A stretch of DNA of 64,000 nt from NCBI GenBank assembly GCA_008369845.1, contig MRSU01011496.1, forward strand, positions 1-64,000, written 5' to 3'. Origin of the DNA: Trichomonas gallinae. Taxonomy: Eukaryota. A program made the translations under genes and the position numbers. Below, one piece after another: positions 33,484 to 43,137 of this stretch; the first letter of the stretch is position 1; each line of letters opens with the position of its first letter. The notes below the pieces were generated by a model. The model had not been told where the DNA came from and searched no databases. It worked only from the letters and a program-made list of their open reading frames with translations.

Positions 33484-34116
33484 ATGCAGTGTGGTTCTAT
33501 ACCACATTTGCATAGTGATGCTCAGTTTGAAACAGCTTTGCAAAACTGTGGGATTGATACTGAGATCCCTCCTTTATTCAAACTCATTAATTTAAACAGT
33601 TATACAGTTCCAAATCAAGAATTTTTAATTGATGTTCCTGAAAATGACTGTATTCCTATTGAAGATGATGCTGGTCATGAACTTCCATATGTTTCTAGTA
33701 AAGATTGGATAGAAAGCGCTTTAAGAAATATTATCTCAACGCGAAATCTTCCAAATTTAGAAGCCAATCAAGCTGAAAATATCACAGATTATCTACTAGG
33801 AGAAGATATTGATGATTTCTTCAGAATTAAAGATTCATTTGAAAAATATTGTCAAAAAGTATCAGATGAAGAAGGATTTACTGTTCGTTTGCATATGTGT
33901 GACTATCCATCATGCTTGAATTCTGCAGTTCCTGGATGCAAATATTGCGTAAATCATATTACTTTAGATGAAAGGTTTAAAGACTTCAAATTCATATCGA
34001 AATGCAATGCTGTTGTCAATGGTAAGCAATGCGGCATTCCTTGCTCGGAAAAATTTGGTCAATGTCCATTACATCGACGAAAAGGTATTAAAACGTCCCC
34101 TGAAGATCCTAATTAA
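33484..34116 (+). CDS. zf-C3Hc3H (KANSL2/INO80D-type) zinc-finger protein
   Basis: C-terminal CDYPSC..VPGCKYCVNHI..D..KC..QCGIPC..CPLH. Alternative ATG at 33451. Confidence 0.65.
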   Translation: MQCGSIPHLHSDAQFETALQNCGIDTEIPPLFKLINLNSYTVPNQEFLIDVPENDCIPIEDDAGHELPYVSSKDWIESALRNIISTRNLPNLEANQAENITDYLLGEDIDDFFRIKDSFEKYCQKVSDEEGFTVRLHMCDYPSCLNSAVPGCKYCVNHITLDERFKDFKFISKCNAVVNGKQCGIPCSEKFGQCPLHRRKGIKTSPEDPN

Positions 34117-34749
34117 TGATATTACTTCAACAAATTACATACATTGTTTGTTATAAAAAAAAAATTATTTTTTCTATTTTGTTCTTTTTTATAAACATTA
34201 TGATAATAACTATTTGTATGCATCATAATTATCATATGTAAACATATTGAAAAATGAAATTTTAATCAACATTTGTAAATCTATAGTATTTTAATGTTTC
34301 AAGCAGTGGTTATGCATGTCATTGAGTATTTTGTTCAGGCTATGAGCATTGTTTATTTCTAAGAAGATATGATATTAATTTTGTTATATTCTACCAAAGT
34401 GTATTAAATAATATGTCCTAACTGATATTCTATACTTTTATCATTGTGGTTATTAATTTTACGGTAGCTATTTTATATTTAATCTACTAATTAATCCAAT
34501 AAATTAACTTGAATTATTGCGTGGAAATAAGGTTTAAAGTTTAAATAAGGTTAAATCTTTGATGCAGTTTTTACGATGATAGAAGCAAGAAAACAAGATT
34601 TAACTGATGCATATCTATATTACTGCCAATATTTGACCGTTGTATAGTAGTGGAATGTCTTACAATGTTGTTTTTACACTAAATTTTTGATCAAAAATTT
34701 GAATTATTAAACGCTCACTCAAATTTTTATATTTCGAATTTTTTAAAAC

Positions 34750-37287
34750 ATGATAAAGGGCAGAAAGTTCGCGAATGCTGCTTCATCATCAGCTGATCTA
34801 GCAAAGATGATGATAATGGAGTTCGAGTGCGCTGGAAATGATATTCCACCAGTTAACATCCGAAATTCTGCACAAGCAGCTAAAGAAATCGATTTCCTTG
34901 CAGAGAAAATAGCAGAAGGAGTTGAATGGGATGAGCAAGTCAAAGCTATTAAGCGTGGAATGGGCCTGGTCAATGGTGGCGCATTAGAATTCGACGAATT
35001 TTCAAGTAAAATATCAAATATTAGCACTGGCTTGATTGCTGGATCAAGAAACTTACGAAGTACACTTGTAAAACAAGCTTGCTTGTTCATAGCACAACTT
35101 GTTCACAATTTACAGAAAAATTTCGCGCAATTAGGAGAAATGATTATGCCACTATCGAAACAAACTACTCATGGTACTTTAATTATCGCAGAAAGCTGCA
35201 AATTGGCAATTTTTGAGATAGTTAAATATTGTCCTAAGAAACAGATATTTTTTAGCATCATAGAACTCTCAAAATCCAGAGCCAATGAGAATAGACAAAT
35301 TTCAGCAGATTCTTTGATATTAATATTAAATTACTGGAAAAAACACATCGTAGAACAATATAATGATATAACAATGAAAACCTTACGTATTCTTCTCGTT
35401 GATTCACAGCTGGAAGTTAGAAATTCCGCAAGAATTGCTTCAAAGTTATTTGCATCAAAATATACTAAGTTTACAGACTTGTTTTTGACGACACTAGATT
35501 CAAAAACTAAATCTGCAGTGCTTGCTGCTGAAGTTCCTCAAGGAACTCCACCAATTAAAGAAACTTCATCTGAAACATCTCAAAAAAACTATTCTCCTGC
35601 TTCTCCTATTGAAATAAAAGTCTCTGAGCATCTACTACTTTCACCACGATCACCAAAATCATATGTTGATGAAGTTAGACGTCAATATAAACAAAAAACT
35701 GAATTTAAAGCAGGACAGAAGCAAAGTAGACTTCCATATAAGAAAAAGCCAAAGAAACAGGTAGAAAAGCCATCAATGATTCCAGTATTTTTCAAATCTC
35801 TATATTCAAGAGCAAAATCGCCGGTTACAATGATTCCTAAGCGTGATTCTAAATTATCTATCAAGCGCAGATCAAATTCCGTTAAAATCATCGAAAAAAC
35901 AGAAGAACAAGATTTTAATCCTAAAATCGAATTAGATAACAGGAGAAATCTCGATGATCACAGCCAAAAGAGGAAGTCAGATCCAGTAGATCCAGGAATG
36001 CCTCCTCCAAGACTAGGAAAGAAGCGTGCATCATCTCCTAAAAAAGAATTTACTCCTCTGAGAAAATCAGCGATTTTACTTGAAGAAGGGAACGAAAAAG
36101 CATTCATAGATCAGATTCATGACTATCTAGAATCCCAGAAATTAAGGAAATTATCGCATCAGATGAGATATATTGTTCCTGGCTTGTTAATAACTTTAAA
36201 TTGCAAAACTACTGATTTATCACACAAATCTTTGTCTTTGATAGCAAAATTAATGGAACTGTTTCCAAATGATTTTAGGTCATCTCTTCAGTCGATGTTT
36301 GAGATATTATTCGGTGGAATCCTTGATTTAACGAAAGAAAATGAAGAACTACTTGATTCATTATTAAAAACAATGATAAAACAATATAATCCAAATGATT
36401 TAATCACATTAATATTAACGCAAGTTCCATCAGTGAGATTAACAAAATTCACATCAAGTATCATAGAAAAATCAGATTTGTCGAGTATTTTAATTGCAAA
36501 GAAACTCGTGAAACTTGCAGTAAAACACTACAACAACTGCCAGGAGGAATCATTAACTATTTTGCATGTAATTGCACAACAAAATAGAAAAGCGCTGGAA
36601 TCATTTAATACCAATGACAAAAATGCCCAAATATTATTGCATTCCGCTCTCGAATATGCTGATGAAGGCTTCAACAACACATTCAAGATCGAAACAAAAA
36701 CAAGCATTGACTCGTTGATTTCAGATGTGAGAAGGTTCTTGAGGAATGTTTCCTTGACTGATTTCGCGCGCAGTGCACAAGATTTCTATCAGTCTTTAGC
36801 ATCAGCTGCTGCGCAATACAAAGATATTCCGAGCGATTGCGAAAAATTATTTGCGCTGATGATAGAATGCATAGATCAAAAAGGCTGCGATTATTTCGAA
36901 ATACTAGCAGAGTCAGCAATGAAGAACATCGAAATCAGCAACGCAAAGCGTCTCCTGTTGTTAGTAGAGTCAAGAGCTGATGCTGAAAAATTGGTGACTT
37001 TCTTCACAAAGAATTTACCAAAAAGTGATACTGAGCCAACATTATTTATCGATGAGCTGCAGGTTACAATACGCAACAACGTTGAGCGCATGAGGCCCAG
37101 TGCTAGGATGGTTACCAAAATCCTATGTGATTACATAAACCACGAAAATATATTCGTTCGGAAGAGTATCGTGTTTTGCATTGCTTTGTTAGTGAAAACA
37201 TATGGAGATATAGCAGAACAAGTGACTCGCAATCTAGAATTACCGAAACAACGATTAATCTCAATATATGTTAATAAATTGAAATAA
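34750..37287 (+). CDS. CLASP: CLASP-like TOG/HEAT microtubule-binding protein
   Basis: EWDEQVKAI, NLRSTLVKQACLFI and DSQLEVRNSAR; basic S/P-rich linker; C-terminal FVRKSIVFCIA..KQRLISIY. Confidence 0.75.
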   Translation: MIKGRKFANAASSSADLAKMMIMEFECAGNDIPPVNIRNSAQAAKEIDFLAEKIAEGVEWDEQVKAIKRGMGLVNGGALEFDEFSSKISNISTGLIAGSRNLRSTLVKQACLFIAQLVHNLQKNFAQLGEMIMPLSKQTTHGTLIIAESCKLAIFEIVKYCPKKQIFFSIIELSKSRANENRQISADSLILILNYWKKHIVEQYNDITMKTLRILLVDSQLEVRNSARIASKLFASKYTKFTDLFLTTLDSKTKSAVLAAEVPQGTPPIKETSSETSQKNYSPASPIEIKVSEHLLLSPRSPKSYVDEVRRQYKQKTEFKAGQKQSRLPYKKKPKKQVEKPSMIPVFFKSLYSRAKSPVTMIPKRDSKLSIKRRSNSVKIIEKTEEQDFNPKIELDNRRNLDDHSQKRKSDPVDPGMPPPRLGKKRASSPKKEFTPLRKSAILLEEGNEKAFIDQIHDYLESQKLRKLSHQMRYIVPGLLITLNCKTTDLSHKSLSLIAKLMELFPNDFRSSLQSMFEILFGGILDLTKENEELLDSLLKTMIKQYNPNDLITLILTQVPSVRLTKFTSSIIEKSDLSSILIAKKLVKLAVKHYNNCQEESLTILHVIAQQNRKALESFNTNDKNAQILLHSALEYADEGFNNTFKIETKTSIDSLISDVRRFLRNVSLTDFARSAQDFYQSLASAAAQYKDIPSDCEKLFALMIECIDQKGCDYFEILAESAMKNIEISNAKRLLLLVESRADAEKLVTFFTKNLPKSDTEPTLFIDELQVTIRNNVERMRPSARMVTKILCDYINHENIFVRKSIVFCIALLVKTYGDIAEQVTRNLELPKQRLISIYVNKLK

Positions 37288-37655
37288 ACTGTTTGTATAT
37301 ATTTGTATTAAAATCCGCTACATTATTCAAGCTTATTTTTATTAGAATTTAATTTAAATAAACAAATTTAATAATTTCATTTTATAAAATTAATATATCA
37401 TTTATGTGTATCATTTCCACTATTGATTTATCTTGTTTTCATTGTGACAATGTTAAAAGCTAATAAATCCATAGTTTTCAAATATGTGAATATCGAAATC
37501 AATAAACTATCGCAAAAATTTTCACTAAGGTATTTGTGGATGTCTATGTGATGCGATTATCATATTATACAACGAGAGAATTTTATAAAAACAAATAAAA
37601 AAATTTAAAAATCAAACAATAAAAAAATCATTATATCGATTACAGGCCGCACATC

Positions 37656-38459
37656 TCATTTGAAGGAGTTGAATAGCGATGAAGGATCTGAGCTAATTTC
37701 TTTCAGTAGATCAAATAGAATCAAAGTATTGCAAATCTCAGGGTTTTTGAGTTCCTGTTCATCTTTTTCGGTTATTATGATCGGATCAACCTTCTTTTTA
37801 GGCTTCTCGTATTTAATTGGCTTACAGTCAATATTTTGCAATCTTCTTGGTAAAGGACTGTCATTTGGCGATGGCGCGTATTTCTTTGATATTATCTGGT
37901 ACCTGTATCTGCATTGTATGTCTGTCCGACCTGTAACATGCGAAGCGACTTTTGCCCAAGATTTATCTCCATATTTTGATACTGCGTGCATTAATCTGAA
38001 ATCTTCATCCTGCGACCAGTAGTTTTTATTTATCAGTGGATTTATCGTTCGATGCCATCTCTGTGAGCATTGGCCTCGAGTTCTTCCATTTCCAACAAAC
38101 TGGCAGATATTTGTCCAGTTTGTAATTCCATATTTGTGTATTCCTGCGATTAAACGTTGATCTTCGAATCTGGTCCAAGTTTTGTTTTTCTTTAAAGATG
38201 ATTTATCATCATCACCGTAATCAAACGATGGTACATCCTCTGTGATATTCATAAAGTTTTGTAACTTCTCAATTAAATCAACATTGCCAACTAAATGGAA
38301 ATAAGACGTTTTAGCTTCATCATAATTGATAACATTTGTGATGAAATTAAACAAGATTTGCTTAATCTCCATAAGCTTATCCTCCGGGAGCCCAACAAGC
38401 AAGTAATCAAAGAAATTGTTCTGTATTTCGCCGTGATCAACATTTCGTGAATTCATCAT
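37656..38459 (-). CDS. R2R3 Myb transcription factor (paralog of 46268-47041)
   Basis: WTRFEDQRLIAGIHKYG..GRTRGQCSQRW and WSQDEDFRL..YGDKSW..GRTDIQCRYRY. ATG at 38459 follows Inr TCATT. Confidence 0.92.
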   Translation of the reverse strand: MMNSRNVDHGEIQNNFFDYLLVGLPEDKLMEIKQILFNFITNVINYDEAKTSYFHLVGNVDLIEKLQNFMNITEDVPSFDYGDDDKSSLKKNKTWTRFEDQRLIAGIHKYGITNWTNICQFVGNGRTRGQCSQRWHRTINPLINKNYWSQDEDFRLMHAVSKYGDKSWAKVASHVTGRTDIQCRYRYQIISKKYAPSPNDSPLPRRLQNIDCKPIKYEKPKKKVDPIIITEKDEQELKNPEICNTLILFDLLKEISSDPSSLFNSFK

Positions 38460-40001
38460 TGAAATGAAAAACAAAAAAAAATAATTAGTAATAATATCTT
38501 TTAAAAAAGGAATTATTAAGATAGGAAAAAAAAACAGGAAATCTTATTCAAAATATTGAATGGCAGTATTCAAATTTAATTCTAATTAAAAACATGATTA
38601 TATTGTCAAAGACATATTTTTAATTTTTTAATTTTAACTTTTAAATAAATCTCAAATTTATATCATGTATAATAACCATTCAGAATCATTTTTGAGCAAA
38701 AACATATTGATTAATGAATTTTGATTTGTATAAAAAGAGATAAATTGATGATTATGATGAAATAACAGAACGATTGAAATTAGCTGAATCATTCAAATTA
38801 TTTACGCGCGAGTCAATTTTTGAGAAGTGAGTCAATATTTGAGAAGAGAGTAAAATTGAGAAATTGTGTGAATTGAATCAAAAGGTAAAAATCAGTTTAA
38901 TCACAAAAAATATTCATTTGTTCACGGTCTTTTTCTCTGTTAACTGCCCAGCAAAATGATTATGCAGGCGAAGGCCTCTTTTTTCTGTGTAACAGGCTAA
39001 AAATTGTGAATTAATTTACCCTTTTGTTTAAAAAAAAATGGGATGATTTTTGTGGGTTAATTTTGAATCAGCACAATTCTGAATCATTTTTAGATTTAAA
39101 TAGAGATTCTAAAATATTTTTTTGACATCATTTTCAAACGGAAAGCTCTGCTACATTCTTCAAATGAAATTTCAGATCAAAATCATGACATATGTGGTAT
39201 AATAGGATAGAAATAATCCATTGGAGAAAAAAGAGTCAATTCGTTGAAATCAATCAATTTAATTTTGACCAATTACTGGTATTATGTGTAAATCGGATTC
39301 AAAGGATTAATCTTATTCTCAAAAAAATTGAATTTCAATTCGATTTTTTGTGAAGTTTTAAATTTGTTTCACATGTGGCCAATAAAATCTGCTGCAACTT
39401 TAATCACATTAATGATAGTTCACTTCATTTTGAAATTTGGTCGAATCAGCCAATAAAATAAGATCTTTTGTTTTCTTTTGGATTCTTATTGTTACATCAT
39501 GTCAGTATCTCTCAATTTATTGTGATCAATACACGCTGCCTTGATAAAAAAACCTTTTTTAAAAAAAAATATAATATGACTAAAAATCATTAATTCGTTG
39601 GATTCGAATTCTTTATAAGTTTAATATATATGTAATGAGGTTTAAAAGATATTTATCTAATTAATTAATTTTTTAAAAAAAAGTTTGTTTTCTTCGTAAT
39701 TCAGTATACTAATGGACTGGATACACAGTGTTGAATTTCAATTATCTTTCATTTTATTTGAAAAAAAAAAATTATTCTTTTTCAAAATTCCAATTAATCT
39801 TTCATTATCAACTACTCCTTATAAAAGTGTATATTATGGCTTGGCTCATTTTGAATCTAAAAAAAAATATAATATTGATTTGAAACAAAAATTCCTATTA
39901 AGTTGCGTCAAATAAAGCATGTATTGTCCAAATAGAAACAGTATTTATACGCTCTTAAAAATTATTTTAATACCAAACAAATATTGATTTCAATGGTTGA
40001 A

Positions 40002-40769
40002 TTACTCAAAATCTGAAAGTTCTGGTTCAACTCCAATCATATATGATTCAACATAACCAGAATTAACTCCCATTTGCATTTTCATCAAACCATTTGATCC
40101 CCATCTTGGTCCAAAAGCATTCTGTACAATCCAATATTGTGTTCCATTTTCGTATGTTCCCCATCCATGAATTTCAACAGTATGATTAGCGAGATCTGCA
40201 TAGCCTTTGCTAGACACGCTTGTTGTGTACATGCCTTCTCTGTACCAAACAAACCCGTAATCACTAATGAGAGAAGCACTAAGCGGTCCTTCGAGATAAA
40301 TTGCTTTTTTAATATTTTCTATCCCATGCACTGGTTTTGTACTTCTCAACTTGGCTCTGTAGAGTTTAAATGGCTTTCCATCAACGCATTTTGTGCAAAC
40401 ATCAGGTGAATAAGATTTAATTTCTTGCCATGGCTGGCATTCAATTTCTGGTGCTCCATGTTGTTCTAAATAGTAAAATGCGGCTTTTTCATTTCCACCA
40501 CCGCATCCTAAGTTATATAAATCGCATGCGATTAAATATTGCGCAGATAACAAAAATTGTCGTCCAATTGCTCTGCATATTCTGTGAGATAATGTCTTAA
40601 TTGCTGAGTATACATAACAACAGCCGCAATTTTGAACAAGTGGTCCAAAATCGCAGTGTGGGTATTCTTCCAGGAAATTGTAATAGTCTGGGAGGTCAAC
40701 CTTGACGTTGCTGTAATCTTTGACCATGATATGATCCATATTTCGGAGATAAAACAAGAAAAGAAACAT
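40002..40769 (-). CDS. Papain-family (C1A) cathepsin B-like cysteine peptidase
   Basis: QNCGCCY (catalytic Cys), LSAQYLIACD..GCGGG, NHTVEIHGWG (His) and YWIVQNAFGPRWG..G (Asn); signal peptide. Confidence 0.88.
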   Translation of the reverse strand: MFLFLFYLRNMDHIMVKDYSNVKVDLPDYYNFLEEYPHCDFGPLVQNCGCCYVYSAIKTLSHRICRAIGRQFLLSAQYLIACDLYNLGCGGGNEKAAFYYLEQHGAPEIECQPWQEIKSYSPDVCTKCVDGKPFKLYRAKLRSTKPVHGIENIKKAIYLEGPLSASLISDYGFVWYREGMYTTSVSSKGYADLANHTVEIHGWGTYENGTQYWIVQNAFGPRWGSNGLMKMQMGVNSGYVESYMIGVEPELSDFE

Positions 40770-41392
40770 AAAATGAAAATTACACGCCCGTAACTTAATT
40801 TAGGGTCTGATTCGAAATGAAATTAGGGGAATTTTATATATCATATATTTTGATGAAACCTGAAAGATATAGCATCTTCATCATGAACTTATTGTCAATT
40901 TTATAAGTAAATTCCTTCATTTTGCTATAAGGATAAAAGATCAAACACATCAACCTTAATCACAAAATTCGTTCTCGTAATATTTCAAATTAATATATTC
41001 GACTGGTTAATAGATTAACCACAAGAATGTTACAGCAAAATTGAATGATCACAATATCACCAATGTACCATATGAATTAGACTATGTCATTCTGGAAACA
41101 TTCTAGAGATATTATTCATTTTTCAAATTTTTGGATTTTATCAATTATGTATTGTTTCATGAGAGTGACTATCCTTCATATCAGCATCCATTCATGGGAA
41201 GGTTAAACTATTTTGGTATCATTTTATGAAGATATCATTTGTATTTTAGATGTTTCAAATAATTTAATATTACATGTCAAAAATCTTTTGAAATTCAACG
41301 ATTTGTCATAAAAACTGAATTTTATTTGTCAAATATTGATTTTATTTGTCAAAATTCTCGGTAGGGATATTTTTTGACAAAATTAAAAGATT

Positions 41393-42127
41393 TTGTCAAG
41401 CAAGCCGCATAGAACAAGTTTTGCAGCGACAGTCACAGAATTAGACTTTCCTCTTCAGGACAGAAAGCTCAGTGACTTACTTCCTGGTGATTTCATTCGA
41501 CAAATTGGATTCGATCCTGAAAGTTTAATTTTCGATACTGGAGATAATGGAAGATTTAAACGGCGTGCAACAGATCCAGGATTGGTGATGTTTGATCGCT
41601 CCAAACCTACATCAAGACGAAATTCGCAGTATGATAGTATTTTAGCGATGGATGAAACAGGAAAGAATCCATTTGAAATTGCACAATCTGGACCAATTCT
41701 TGAGTGCTATCTAGTAGAACTTCAAGATTGCTCAGTTGATGCTTTTACGACCAAACACTTAGAACAAAAAACTACAGACAGCGTTTTCGTTAGAGATGGA
41801 TCATTCCTCCGTCTTGGAAAGATAATTAAAAGAATAAAAACAGATGAATGCGACAAAGAAGCCTTACAAATAATATATCACGATGAAGATGGATCAATTA
41901 ACGATTACTTTAGCAGCTTGACGCAAATAGTATCCGCAGTAGCTCCATCTTTTGCTATTCAATGTAAATGTCAGCTTAAGATTTTAGATGTTGAATTCGT
42001 ATCATTCCAAGCAAGGGTTTTGATACGCATAAAAGTTGATAATATCTCTGATCCGATGCTTGCTGAATTGCTCCAAAAATTAATTACTGTTTTTATGTGC
42101 CCTGTAGAAATATATTCAGATTATTAA
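41393..42127 (+). CDS. Hypothetical protein, start uncertain (TTG; first ATG at codon 65)
   Basis: 244-codon open frame with coding-like composition throughout. Confidence 0.6.
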   Translation: MSSKPHRTSFAATVTELDFPLQDRKLSDLLPGDFIRQIGFDPESLIFDTGDNGRFKRRATDPGLVMFDRSKPTSRRNSQYDSILAMDETGKNPFEIAQSGPILECYLVELQDCSVDAFTTKHLEQKTTDSVFVRDGSFLRLGKIIKRIKTDECDKEALQIIYHDEDGSINDYFSSLTQIVSAVAPSFAIQCKCQLKILDVEFVSFQARVLIRIKVDNISDPMLAELLQKLITVFMCPVEIYSDY

Positions 42128-42535
42128 CTTATATATTGTTGTTTTGTATTGTATATAGTTTTTAACTCATAAACTTGTTAAAGATGCAACTTATTTTTAA
42201 TATAATTACAAAATTGGTCTCAGAACACATTAGTATTGCTCACGAATAAAAGATTCGCAGCATTTTTTGGCATTAATAAAGCAATTATCATTACACACTT
42301 CTTTGTAATGGATATTTGGAGGTTTTATAGTTCTATCATACAAATATTGATTTTAATCGTTTTAATTTCATAAAATAGGATACAATCCCTATATTATATG
42401 TCATATCTATAAATGCAATTAGTTAAATACATGAGAAACGAATTCAATTTTTTGAATTCAAAATTATTATTTATAATTATACAAACAAGTCGAAAATAGT
42501 ATGATTAATGATGAGATTATGCTAATTATAACATA

Positions 42536-42895
42536 TTATTTCCTAGTTTCATGATACAAGAAAGGAACATTGTTTGCCTGGCTCATGATATCTGGAATAT
42601 AACTAGGACCAAGCGTTGTAATGTTGGCTGGAGGAATTGTTTCTTCATAATTATATCCCATTGGCTGATTGCTATGAATTGGTTGCCCATATCCCATCTG
42701 TTGATCAGGAAACATATTTTGTCCATGAGGCATTGGCTGGTGCATCATATCATCTTGATTCGAATTTTGATCTGTTGAAACAAGCAATTTATGGATGCTT
42801 TCAAGTGATATAAGAGCTATTTCGGTTTGAAGAGGACTGTTTTCAACTGCTTTTCTTATTTGATCTCCAAGATCTTTTAATTTTTGCGTTGACAT
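42536..42895 (-). CDS. Small hypothetical protein with Q/P/M-rich tail
   Basis: ATG at 42895 (MSTQK); QPMPHGQ/QQMGYGQ/QPMGY repeats. Confidence 0.65.
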   Translation of the reverse strand: MSTQKLKDLGDQIRKAVENSPLQTEIALISLESIHKLLVSTDQNSNQDDMMHQPMPHGQNMFPDQQMGYGQPIHSNQPMGYNYEETIPPANITTLGPSYIPDIMSQANNVPFLYHETRK

Positions 42896-42912
42896 GATAA
42901 AAAAAATTATTT

Positions 42913-43121
42913 TTGTCAAGTAAATATAAAAATTGTCATGTAAAATTCAAAATTTTTTTTGTCATGTAAAATTAACAAAAAAAGTCTTTTGACATGTAAA
43001 ATTGATATTTGTTTTTTTGTCGTGTAAATATAACATATATTTTTTGCCATGTAAATATTTTAAAAATGACTTTATGTTGTGTAAAATTTTGAAATTGCCA
43101 AAGAATATATTTACGTGTCAA
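42913..43121. promoter_or_regulatory. Array of ~8 TTGNCRYGTAAA-like motifs in a bidirectional promoter
   Basis: Copies start at 42913, 42933, 42959, 42989, 43017, 43044 and 43074 (degenerate), with an inverted copy at 43110-43121. Confidence 0.7.
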
Positions 43122-43137
43122 ATTATCGGTATTTGTT

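Noticed and set aside
6586..42295. TCATTACA 45-160 nt after several plus-strand stops (6586, 7608, 15414, 42288)
   Set aside because: An AT-rich 8-mer expected a few times by chance. Too few cases to call a 3' element.
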